From positions 124,001-188,000 of the forward strand of contig JAXLNO010005853.1 in assembly GCA_038087875.1 (NCBI GenBank): a stretch of 64,000 nucleotides of DNA, in the 5' to 3' direction. A program made the position numbers and the translations under genes. Shown piece after piece: positions 47,329-58,885 of this stretch. The stretch comes from Malacoraja senta (taxonomy: Eukaryota). Numbering within the stretch: the stretch's first letter is position 1; each line of letters begins with the position of its first letter. The notes under the pieces were generated by a model, which ran no database searches, was not told where the DNA came from, and worked only from the letters and a program-made list of their open reading frames with translations.

Positions 47329-47691
47329 CCAAAACCTGTAGTCCCATCTCATCCTGAGTCACCTGAATATTCTGAGGGAATTTCCAGATCCAAACATGAC
47401 AGAAATAGTTGTTGGTGTCATTCAACGTGAGTCCCCTCACTCTGATGGAGGCGTCTCCCTTGTCTAGGTTTCCCACCAGCTCATATCGACCTCCTCTATT
47501 TACATTGTCAGTGCCGTGACCGCTTGTGGGGTCGGAGCGGGTATGATTAAAGACAACGGACTCTTCCCATGGAGTCCCCTTCATCCAGAGGATAGTGATC
47601 ACCCTGCTCTTTGTGCTCGAGGGGCTGAAGGTGCATCTCAGTGTGGCACCACCTCCTCTCTTCCCGATCACCATGGATGCGCTGACATCAC
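47329..47691 (-). CDS. Ig V-set domain exon of an IgSF receptor (Siglec/CD33-like or NKp30-like fold)
   Basis: Open phase-1/phase-1 exon: TLRCTF, ILWMK, GRYELVGNLDKGDASIRV, DTNNYFCHV; donor G|GTAAGG. The acceptor TACGAG is weak. Confidence 0.88.
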
Positions 47692-47791
47692 CTCGTATAG
47701 AGAATGATTTAAAATATGGACATTATTCATTGGTCGAATGCATTAAACACATTTTCTTCATCAATACTTCACCTGTGTCTGTGACCATGTT

Positions 47792-47999
47792 GATAGACAC
47801 AAAATGCTGGAGTAACTGAGCGGATCAGGCAGCATCTCTGGAGAAAAGGAGTAGGTGATGTTTCAGAATGGAACCCTTCTTCAGACCTGAAGAAGAATCT
47901 ATTCCATTTCTCCATAGATGCTGCCTGGCACGTTGTGTTACTCCAGCATTTTGTGTCTATCTTCGGTATAAATCAGCATCTGCAGTTCCTTCCTACACA
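47792..47999. mobile_element. Inverted pair of Penelope pLTR 3' ends with 14-bp TSD
   Basis: TCTGTGACCATGTT at 47778-47791 and 48000-48013; GATAGACACAAAATGCTGGAGTAAC paired with GTTACTCCAGCATTTTGTGTCTATC. Confidence 0.85.
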
Positions 48000-48789
48000 T
48001 CTGTGACCATGTTTCTCCATCCCACTCCCACTCTGACCCATCTGTCCTTGACCCTCCTGCGCTGCTCTAGAGCGATGAAATGTAACTGTAAATGTAACTT
48101 CATCTTCTTTACAAATAATATGTAGAATTCTCAAATCAACTTGAATAATTGCAGGTGACCTGCTTGTATTTTTATATAACCTACAATGCTGCTAAATCAC
48201 GCCTAAAACCTTGGAACATTGTACTGTCAGTCCTGCCCCTCGCTCACCAAAACTCTAATGGCCACAACATCATACTTGCATGCATTAATCCAAACTCTAC
48301 ATTCATCTGCCTTACACATAATACGCATAGCATTGAAATAAACACACTTCAGCCCATCAGTTCCACTGTGTTCATTAACCTGACCCTGCCAGCCCTTCTG
48401 ATCAGTCTTAAGCTGAAGTCTACATCCCATTCAATTCCTCCACCTGCTCCAGTTCCCAACCTTCTGCCAAACTAGATTAAACACTCCTAAGTGGCAGCAA
48501 CACACCTTCCTACGTGGATATTGTCGCCCCTCCAGTTGACTCTGCATTCAGACCTGATTAATTTTACAGCAATTTCTGTTTTAATTCTTGATGAAGGGGA
48601 AGTTCTGTTGTCAATGTAAGTGGAGTTTAGGGTTAGGGTGGACAATATATCTAGCAGGATTGATAAGCAAGGATCCAGTCGATGTAGTATACCTCTACTA
48701 CATTTACTACTGCATGTTCTATTTCCATCGAATGTAACAAGATTGCAGATGGAATATGAAAAGGTGGAGTAGGTGTGTGAGATAAATAT

Positions 48790-49016
48790 TGACAGAAACA
48801 TAGAAACATAGAAACATAGAAAATAGGTGCAGGAGTAGGCCATTCGTCCCTTCGAGCCTGCACCTCCATTCAATATGATCATGGCTGATCATCCAACTCA
48901 GTATCCTGTACCTGCTTTCTCTCCATACCCCCTGATCCCTTTAGCCACATGGGCCAAATCTAACTCCCTCTTAAATATACCCAATGAACTGGCCTCAACT
49001 ACCTTCTGTGGCAGAG
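48790..49016 (-). mobile_element. CR1 3' end
   Basis: (ACATAGAA)n tail and GGCCATTCG.CCCTTCGAGCCTGCAC. Confidence 0.88.
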
Positions 49017-51420
49017 AATAGTAAGATTAAACGAGAACTTACCAGTTTGAAGTTTGATCTTTATTTTATGAGGAGTTACGTTGAGGGATTACGTGAAGAA
49101 GAGCCCGTCCAGCCGCACACGCGTCAATCTTCAAAGCAGCGGAGTGAAATCACAGACGACAATTACTGAAGTATGATAGTAAGATACATAAATAATAGAA
49201 CTACCAGCTCAATCTTTTATGAGGGTGGGAGCAGACGGCACGTAATCCCTCAACGTAACTCCTCATAAAATAAAGATCAAACGTCAAACTGGTAAGTTCT
49301 CATTTAATCTTACTATTTTACTTCGGAGTCACGTGAGTGACTATGTGAAGATTTCAAAGCTCTGTGATTTCAGGCCGTAGATTCAATCCAGGCGCTCACT
49401 GCATTGATTGACTCTAAATAAGTAAAACAATCAACAATACACAACCATAACATGGATGCAACCAATTAATGGTTAATTTATCATCATAATAGTAACCCCT
49501 TTATCACAAAAGGAATATTTAATACTAAATCCCATAATAACACCACCAAATAACCACAGGTATTATAATCTCCTTATGGTAATAGGTGAATTCTTTCACT
49601 TATGCCTGCAGCCATGAGGATATGTTTTATTAGAACATCCAATTCCTTGGCCGTCAAACTTGATGGTGCCCTGGTGAAATAAGATTAAAATTTGTCAATA
49701 TCCATACCTGCATCAAGCAACACATGCTTTAGCCATTTTTAAAATAGTCTAAACCGACACTTTCCTATGCAGCTATTTATGGCTAATAAAATACTCATAC
49801 TGAACCTCGTTAAGGTTCTGATAGCTTCAATCTAACATTGTAAATGTGATACCACACATAGACGTGGATCCGTAGGATATGCTGAAACCCCAACTTACAT
49901 CCTGTGATTCCACATCTACTCTGTTTAAGCAATTCATAGACATAGAACACAATATTAACTGTTTGTCTCTTTCCATCATGTCTATTCTTACTTTCTGCAA
50001 TAGTTGCACTCTCTGTGCATAAACCAGTCCCCTGAACTTGACTTCCTTAATGATAATTCAAGCCAAGGACCGCACTGTAATAGGAGTCCATAAACAAACA
50101 ATATAGCATATCTCTTACATTCCAGATTATTGTATACTTGTGTCTAAGAGGTTTTAGAATTAAAATCCTTTCATAAATTTGCAGACCAAAGGGTGTAACC
50201 CTACCACATTTTGTTCTGATTCCTCCATAGATATGCAGTAACGGCACTCCTTGCAGTATTCATATCATTATAGCTTAACTGCTAATAAAATAAAGAGTTT
50301 ACAGAACTCTAACACTACTGATATGTCTATAGTGTGATATGTAATAGTCTGCTTAAACAAAACATATCCCATTTCTTTATGTAAGAAATGTACTACTTCT
50401 GGGTACATCCCTCCAGATTGCAATAATATCCACAGTACAATCTGATAGTCCTCTTCCGATAAATGTCACTCCTTAAAATCTGTAAATCAACAACCAATAT
50501 GATTATGTAAAGGATGTGAATCATCAGTTATAGAGTGCACAAACAGATTAATTCTGTTTGGAAATCATAAGAGGCTTTTGTGATCATTTTAAACACCTCA
50601 GGGTACCATGGTTTTGTAGATACAATCTAGTACCACCAATACTCCCGAAACGGAATCCTGTTTGCTCATCTGTACATACTGTTAAATGAGAAAAATGGAA
50701 AATGTATACAAATATTTTACCCCAATGCAGCAAAAAATATTCACCACTACTGACCCAGTATCAGACTTTATAACATATATTTAGGTAATTGGAGGTTAAA
50801 TCTGGAAACAAACAAGTCATCAATCGTGCTATAATATTGTTAAATTTCTCACGATTCAACATACATTCTATATTATCATTGATTTACATGACTTTTGAGT
50901 CTTCAACTATATTGAATCTACCTCATAGGTAGATTGCCAATCAAATATTTCTGGTAAATACCAGATCCAGATCACATTAGTCAGTCTATTACAAGATACT
51001 GATTTAAACCACTTGAATGATTGACATACGTTCTATTCCGTAGTCTCAAACTATGTCTAAACATTCAACTTTGCATATAAGAGCAAATAAGCTTTAGGTC
51101 ATAAATGTTCCTAAAACTTACATAATGATCCCTTGTTATTTGATCAAAAGGTACTTTCTCCATATTCCCTGTACCTCCACAGCTGAAAATACTTATATGA
51201 CCTCAACTTAGAGCACTACCATTAGTGTGTAGCATAATGGAAGGTGTTTAGCCAGAATCCCTCTGGAGGTATTTGAGACACTCCTGATTCATTAATATTC
51301 CAGTAATAACTGTAACTGGCAAATACATGGCCTGGCAAACTTACCATAAATTGTATTATCCATGCTTACTATAAACTTTGATAATGCCGCAATCTAAATT
51401 CTACAGCTGAAAAGAAGCAA
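49017..51420 (-). mobile_element. Decayed DIRS-type (tyrosine recombinase) retrotransposon with ITR/ICR inverted repeats
   Basis: Minus-strand 49740-49600 reads KWLKHVLLDAGMDIDKF*SYFTRAPSS...ILMAAG (YR box II-like). There is a ~79-bp inverted repeat at 49017-49095 / 49239-49317. The far boundary is approximate. Confidence 0.72.
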
Positions 51421-51458
51421 AATGTGTAACATGGGCTTGTTTCCTGCCTAATTGAAGG

Positions 51459-52460
51459 TTGGTGCTCTATAATGAGCTTAATACCACTTCATGCAATGGA
51501 TGCAGTGGGAAGGTGTGGAGCGGAGGAAGATCAGCTGGAAAGAACTATGGGAAATGGAAGCAAGCAAGATCAGCTTCATCATCAGAGCGACATATGACGT
51601 GCTTCCATCACCAAAGAACCTCCATCAGTGGTACGGCGAGGATCCAACCTGTGCCATCTGCCCAACTCCAGCGACCCTCAAAAACATCATGGTAGGCTGC
51701 AAGACCAGCTTCACACGTGGCGGCATAATCAGGTACTAAAAAGCCTGGCATCAGCCCTTGAGAACAGGCGGTGTGCGACCAACTCCTTGCCTCCAAGAGC
51801 AAGCAACCCCCCCCCCAAGGGTAACAACCTTTGTCCGAGAAGGACAGAAAACATCTAAATTTCCTTCCACCAGATCAGAAGAAGGAAACCTATGCAGGGC
51901 CCGTGACTGGAGGATGTTGGCGGACATCGGCCGACAACTAATTTTTCCACCTGAAATTGCTTCCACCAACCTCAGGCCAGACTTGGTGTTCTGGTCCCCT
52001 TCACAGAAGACTGCTTACATCATAGAGCTCACAGTTCCATGCGAGAACTCTGTTGAGGAGGCCTATGAGCGTAAGAAGCTGCGCTACGCAGAGCTTGCAG
52101 CAGAGGCAACGCAGCGTGGCTGGAACACCAAAATCTATCCAGTTGAAGTGGGATGCAGAGGATTTGTTGCATCATCTACCATCAGACTGCTGAAGGAGCT
52201 TGGAATCCACGGTCAGGCTCTGCGGAAGACCATAAGATCACTCTCAGAGGCGGCTGAAAGAAGCAGCCGGTGGATTTGGCTCAAGCGGAAAGACCCATGC
52301 TGGGCCCCAAGTATGTTGGGGTGAATCTTTGGGACGGTTTGACACGGGACACGCGCTGAGGGTTGATCATCCTGCAGCGGGCTGCGTTTGTGGTGGGTGT
52401 ATAGTGTTAAAAGGCCGAAACACCCAGTGATGCAAGGGTACACTACTGATGATGTGTCCT
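51459..52460 (+). mobile_element. HERO/NeSL-like non-LTR retrotransposon 3' part (CCHC + restriction-like endonuclease)
   Basis: RATYDVLPSP, CAIC...GC, WRHNQVL, LRPDLVFWS, IELTVP, YERKKLRY, PVEVGCRG; one frameshift. Confidence 0.85.
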
Positions 52461-52504
52461 GTGCCCAACTGTCCTGAAGGTTACCCCCCCCCCCCCGATG
52501 TTGA

Positions 52505-53060
52505 GCGTCTACCACTCTCAACAATCAACGAATGTCGTGAAATGCTCCCCACCTATTGGCACAAGGGACTTCTTAACATCTTGTCCTGTGTACTTGATCC
52601 TATATGCTTCAATAAGATTCCCTCTCATCCTTCTAAATTCCAGAGTGTACAAGCCCAGCCGCTCCATTCTGTCAACATAAGATAGTTCCGCCATCCCGGG
52701 AATTAACCTTGTGAACCTGCGTTGCACTCCCTCAATAGCAAGAATGTCCTTCCTCAAATTTAGAGACCAAAACTGCACACAATACTCCAGGTGTGGTCTC
52801 ACCAGGGGCCTGTACAACTGCAAAAGGACCTCTTTGCTCCTTTACTCAATTCCTCTTGTTATGAAGCACAACATGCCATTAGCTTTCTTCACTGCCTGCT
52901 GCACCTGCATGCTTATTTTCAGTGAGTGATGAACAAGTAGATCTCTTTCTACTTCCCCTTTTCCCACCCGGACACCATTCAGATAATAATCTGCCTTCCT
53001 GTTTTTGCCACCAAAATGTATCCACATTAATGTGAGGTTATCCACATAGTCTGCAGCTGT
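52505..53060 (-). mobile_element. CR1 RT/3' fragment
   Basis: ORF 52518..52823 LVRPHLEYCVQFWS. Confidence 0.88.
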
Positions 53061-53700
53061 GGGGTTGGTTAATGAACTTGATGTAGAAAAGTAGCTGTTC
53101 CTGAACTAGTGGTGTGGGACTTCAGACTTCTGCACCTCCTGCCCGACGGCAGCTTCAATATGGCTGGTCCAGGAGAAATTGTCGGCGATATTGACTCCTC
53201 GGAATTTGAAGTTTTCAACTGCTTGCCTCGTGAGGTTGATCACTATCTCCTTTGTCTTGCTGACATTATGAGAAAGGTTGTATCGACACCAAGACATGAG
53301 GTTCTCGATCTCCTACCTGTACTCTGTCTCATCATTATTTGATATCCAGTTGCCGGGTTGAGTGTTGACACCAAGTCACGCTAGTTTGGTGATAAGCTTT
53401 GACGGTATAATGGTGTTAAAGGCAGAGCCATAGTCAATGAATAGGAATCTGATGTTGGTGTCTCTCTTATCCAGGTCTTATCTTAGGGATGAGCGTATGG
53501 CCAGGGTGATGGCATCGTCCGTGGACCTGTTGGGGCGGTAGGCAAACTGCTATGGGTCAAGGCCACTTGGTAGACTGGATTTAATGCATTCCATGACTAG
53601 CCTCTCAAAACATTTCATGATGGTGGATGTCAAGGCCATAGGGCGGTAGTCGTTTTGGCATGATGTCTTGTTTTTCATCGGCACCGGGATGATGGTGTTC
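53061..53700 (-). mobile_element. Decayed Rex1/Babar RT fragment
   Basis: NDYRPMALT-like (CGACTACCGCCCTATGGCCTTGAC on the minus strand), QFAYRPNRST, NVSKTKEIV. Confidence 0.8.
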
Positions 53701-54328
53701 ATTTATAATTTTATAAACTACTATCAGGACTCCCCTCGACCTCCAACACTCCAGAGAAAACAATTGAAGTTGGTCCAACCTTCACCTAATAGCTAATATC
53801 CAATACAGCTACCATTCTGGAAAAGCTCTTCTGCAACCTCAGCAAAGTCACATCAAAGATGCACAGAGTCTCTTGCCCAGAGTAGGGGAATCAAGGACCG
53901 GAGGACGTAGATTCAAGGTGAAGGGGGAAAGATTTAATAGGAATCTGAGGGGTAACCTTTTCACACAAAGGGTGGTGGGTGTTTGGAACAAGCTACCAGA
54001 GGAGGTAGTTGAGGAAGAAACAGTTAGACAGGTACATGGATAGGACAAGTTTGGAGGGATATGGACCAAGCGCAGGCAGGTGGGACTAGTGTAGCTGGGA
54101 CATGTTGGCCAAGTGTGGGCAAGTTGGGCCGAAGGGCCTGTTTCCACACTGTATCACTCTATAACTCTCCACATCTTTCCTGGAATGGGTCATGCAAATG
54201 CAGCTGAACCAAAGTTCTATAAAGTTGATGACTACAGAGAGACTGGAGCCTAGCAGTGTGTGTATTCAGCACTCCAATGGGTTAATCCGAGCAGATATCT
54301 GATAAAAGAAAGCCACTTCCCTCATCAA

Positions 54329-56890
54329 ACAGGAAATTAGAAATGCGTGCAACAAAGGCAAAACAGTTATAATGGGTGACTTCAATCTACATATAGATTG
54401 GGTGAATCAAATTGGCAGGGGTGCTGAGGAAGAGGATTTCTTGGAATGTATGCGGGATAGTTATCTAAACCAACATGTAGAGGAACCAACGAGAGAGCAG
54501 GCTATTCTAGACTGGGTATTGAGTAATGAGGAAGGGTTAGTTAGCAGTCTTGTTGTGCATGCCCCCTTGGGCAAGAGTGACCATAATATGGTTGCGTTCT
54601 TCATTAGGATGGAGAGTGACATTGTTAATTCAGAAACAACGGTTCTGAACTTAAAGAAAGGTAACTTTGAGGGTATGAGACGTGAATTGGCCAAGATTGA
54701 CTGGCAATTAGTTCTAAAAGGGTTGACGGTGGATATGCAATGGAAGGCATTTAAAGACTGCATGGATGAACTACAAAAATTGTTCATCCCAGTTTGGCAA
54801 AAGAAGAAATCAGGGAAGGTAGTGCATCCGTGGATAACAAGGGAAATCAGGGATAGTATCAAAGCAAAAGATGATGCGTACAAATTAGCCAGAAAAAGCA
54901 GCATACCAGAGGACTGGGAGAAATTCAGAGACCAGCAGAGGAGGACAAAGGGCTTAATTAGGAAAGGGAAAATAGATTATGAAAGGAAACTGGCAGGGAA
55001 CATAAAAACTGACTGCAAAAGTTTTTATAGATATGTGAAGAGAAAGAGATTAGTTAAAACAAATGTAGGTCCCTTGCAGTCAGAAACAGGTGAATTGATC
55101 ATGGGGAACAAGGATATGGCGGACCAATTGAATAACTACTTTGGTTCTGTCTTCACTAAGGAAGACATAAATAATCTGCCGGAAATAGCAGGGGGCCGCG
55201 ACAAGGTACCACATAAGAGATTAGTATAGAAGGAGATGGAGGAACTGAGTGAAATCCAGGTTAGTCGGGAAGTGGTGTTGGGTAAATTGAATGGATTAAA
55301 GGCCGATAAATCACCAGGGCCAGATAGGCTGCATCCCAGAATACTTAAGGAAGTAGCTCCAGAAATAGTGGATGCATTTGATAATTTTTCAAAACTCTTT
55401 AGATTCTGGAGTAGTTCCTGAGGATTGGAGGGTAGCAAACGTAACCCCACTTTTTAAGAAGGGAGGGAGAGAGAAAACGGGGAATTACAGACCAGTTAGT
55501 CTAACATCGGTAGTGGGGAAACTGCTAGAGTCACTTATTAAAGATGGGATAGCAGCACATTTGGAAAGTGGTGAAATCATTGGACAAAGTCAGCATGGAT
55601 TTACGAAAGGTAAATCATGTCTGACGAATCTTATATAATTTTTCGAGGATGTAACTAGTAGAGTGGATATGGGAGAACCAGTGGATGTGTTGTATCTGGA
55701 CTTTCAGAAGGCTTTCGACAAGGTACCACATAAGAGATTAGTATACAAACTTAAAGCACATGGTATTGGGGGTTCAGTATTGATGTGGATAGAGAACTGG
55801 CTGGCAAACAGGAAGCAAAGAGTAGGAGTAAACGGGTCCTTTTCACAATGGCAGGCAGTGACTAGTGGGGTACCGCAAGGCTCAGTGCTGGGACCCCAGC
55901 TATTTACAATTTATATTAATGAACTGGATGAGGGAATTGAAGGCAACATCTCCAAGTTTGCGGATGACACTAAGCTGGGGGGCAGTGTTAGCTGTGAGGA
56001 GGATGCTAGGAGACTGCAAGGTGACTTGGATAGGCTGGGTGAGTGGGCAAATGTTTGGCAGATGCAGTATAATGTGGATAAATGTGAGGTTATCCACTTT
56101 GGTGGCAAAAACAGGAAAGCAGACTATTATCTAAATGGTGGCCGATTAGGAAATGGGGAGATGCAGCGAGACCTGGGTGTCATGGTACACCAGTCATTGA
56201 AAGTAGGCATGCAGGTGCAGCAGGCAGTGAAGAAAGCGAATGGTATGTTAGCTTTCATAGCAAAAGGATTTGAGTATAGGAGCAGGGAGGTTCTACTGCA
56301 GTTGTACAGGGTCTTGGTGAGACCACACCTGGAGTATTGCGTACAGTTTTGGTCTCCAAATCTGAGGAAGGACATTATAGCCATAGAGGGAGTGCAGAGA
56401 AGGTTCACCAGACTGATTCCTGGGATGTCAGGACTTTCATATGAAGAAAGACTGGATAGACTTGGCTTATACTCGCGAGAATTTAGGAGATTGAGAGGGG
56501 ATCTTATAGAAACGTACAACATTTTTATGGGGTTGGACAGGCTAGATGCAGGAAGATTGTTCCCGATGTTGGGGAAGTCCAGGACAAGGGGTCACAGTTT
56601 AAGGATAAGGGGGAAATCCTTTAAGACTGAGATGAGGAAAAACTTTTTCACACAGAGAGTGGTGAATCTCTGGAACTCTCTGCCACAGAGGGTAGTTGAT
56701 GCCAGTTCATTGGCTATATTTAAGAGGGAGTTAGATGTGGCCCTTGTGGCTAAGGGGATCAGGGGGTATGGAGAGAAGGCAGGTACGGGATACTGAGTTG
56801 GATGATCAGCCATGATCATATTGAATGGCGGTGCAGGCTCGAAGGGCCGAATGGCCTACTCCTGCACCTATTTTCTATGTATCTATGTAT
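54329..56890 (+). mobile_element. 5'-truncated CR1 LINE of the same subfamily as 40172-44585, several frameshifts/stops
   Basis: ORFs 54372..55229, 55372..55638 and 55663..56796; (TCTATGTA)n tail. Confidence 0.95.
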
Positions 56891-57904
56891 CTATCTACTT
56901 ATCGCTGGGTCACAGCTGTTGCCTCAAGTTTTAAAATCCTTTCCTGTAACCGAGGGAGGAACTTCTCGACAAGGGGAAGATGTGTCTGAGTCATTGGGGG
57001 GAGGGGGTGGGGGGGGGGAGGGGGCATTGATCAGCTAAGTATGGGCACTTGATGGAATGGGTAAACATAAATCCTTGTCCCATTTCTGGGTGGCCCGTTG
57101 CCCTCCAAACCCTTCCTATTCATATATGTTCAAATTTATTTTAGTAAATGTAATTTAGTAAATGTCTTAAATGTAATTGAGTCTGCTTCCATAGCTTCCT
57201 CTGGCAGCTTGATCCAGATATAGACTACCCTCTGAGTGAAAGAAGGGTCCCTCTTAATCTCTCCCCTCTCAACTTAAGCCTATGCCCTCTGGTTTTAAAA
57301 TCATCAACCCTGGGGAAAAAGACTGAGCATTCACTTTATCTATGCTTTGCATTATCTTTTATCCCCCTACATCCTTCTGCACTCCAAAAAAACCCATCCC
57401 AGCCTATCCAACCTCTCCCCATAACTCAAGCCGTAAGCCCAGCTAGCATCCTGGTGAATCTCTTCTGCACCCTTTCCAACTTAATGCCATCCTTCCTGCA
57501 GTTGGGCCACCAGCACTGCACATAGTACACACCAATGATGTGTACGGCTACTTCATGATGTCCCAACTTCTGTGTTCAGTTCCATGCCCAGTGAAAGTAA
57601 GCATGCAAAAGCCTAGGGATCTGCATGTTGTAGCCATGAGCATTGCAGTTGAGTGCCATACTATTGGCATTTGTCCAGACGATAAAAAACATGGAATTAC
57701 ACAGGCACTGACTAAACCATTTGAGGGGAAATAAAGGTTAAAAAGGCAACTTGAGCAGATGTCCCATTTCCTTTGTTGCAATAATGATTAAACTTGGAAA
57801 CCACTTACCCTGGGCTGTGTTTCATCGAGACTTGACTCATCCATTTATACCAACATGGTTTAATTGGGCCAGACATCACGTTTCTGCACTGTAAGTTCTA
57901 TGTT

Positions 57905-58201
57905 TAGTTCAGAGATACAGCATGGAAACAGGCAATTTGGCTCACCGAGTCCACGCCGACCATCGATCACCAGTTAACACTAGTTCTATGTCATCCCACT
58001 TCCTGCACATTGAGGGGAAATTTACAGAGGCCAAGTAGCCTAAAAACCTGCTCGTCTTTGGGATGTGGGAGGAAACCGGAGCACCCGGAAGAAACCCTAG
58101 TAGTTACAGGGAGCACATGCAAACTACTCACAGACAGCACCAGAAGTCAGGATCGAACCAGCACCTCTGGCGTTGTGAGGCAGCATTGCCACTGTGCCAC
58201 C
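57905..58201 (-). mobile_element. V-SINE
   Basis: TTTGGGATGTGGGAGGAAACCGGAGCACCCGGAAGAAACC core on the plus strand; head reverse complement CACTGTGCCACC. Confidence 0.88.
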
Positions 58202-58885
58202 TCTATGTCTCGAAGAGGCCCACATTGTACTTCCCCAGTGGGCAACTAGGATGATCTGATAAAACCTGTGGCTGGATAGACAATGAAGCTGTTTTATTTT
58301 TGGACAGGAGTATGAGCAAGATGGCGTGACCAGGTGAATTTTAATTGTTGATTTTGCTGGTCAACAACCCACACTGGTGAACATGTCCCAGCTACACTAG
58401 TCCCACCTGCCTGCACTTGGTCCATATCCCTCCAAACTTGTCCTATCCATGTACCTGTCTAACTGTTTCTTCCTCAACTACCTCCTCTGGCAGTTTGTTC
58501 CAAACACCCACCACCCTTTGTGTGAAAAAGTTGCCCCTCAGATTCCTATTAAATATTTTCCCCTTCACCTTGAATCTATTTCCTCCGGTCATCGATGTAC
58601 CTCACTGGACGTGGGCATATAACAATAAACCTGACTTGACTGGTGTACAATTGCACAGACCATTATCCAGAGTCACAAGTTCAAAAGCTTAAAAAAGCTG
58701 CTGGAATTTCTTAGAAGATAATGAATCAGATAAATTTGAAATAAAATGCTCGCAGCTGTAATTGTGATGATAAAACTACTTGCTTGTGCATAGAGGGGAA
58801 GGGAATCAATAGCCTGGACTTTTTATGACTGTATATCATAGTCTTAGTCATAATCAGACAGCATAAAAACAGACCCTTGAGACAA

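Noticed and set aside
52411-52460. GAAAC...CTGATGA in the HERO 3' UTR as a type-II hammerhead
   Set aside because: Core words are present, but I could not form stems II and III in register.
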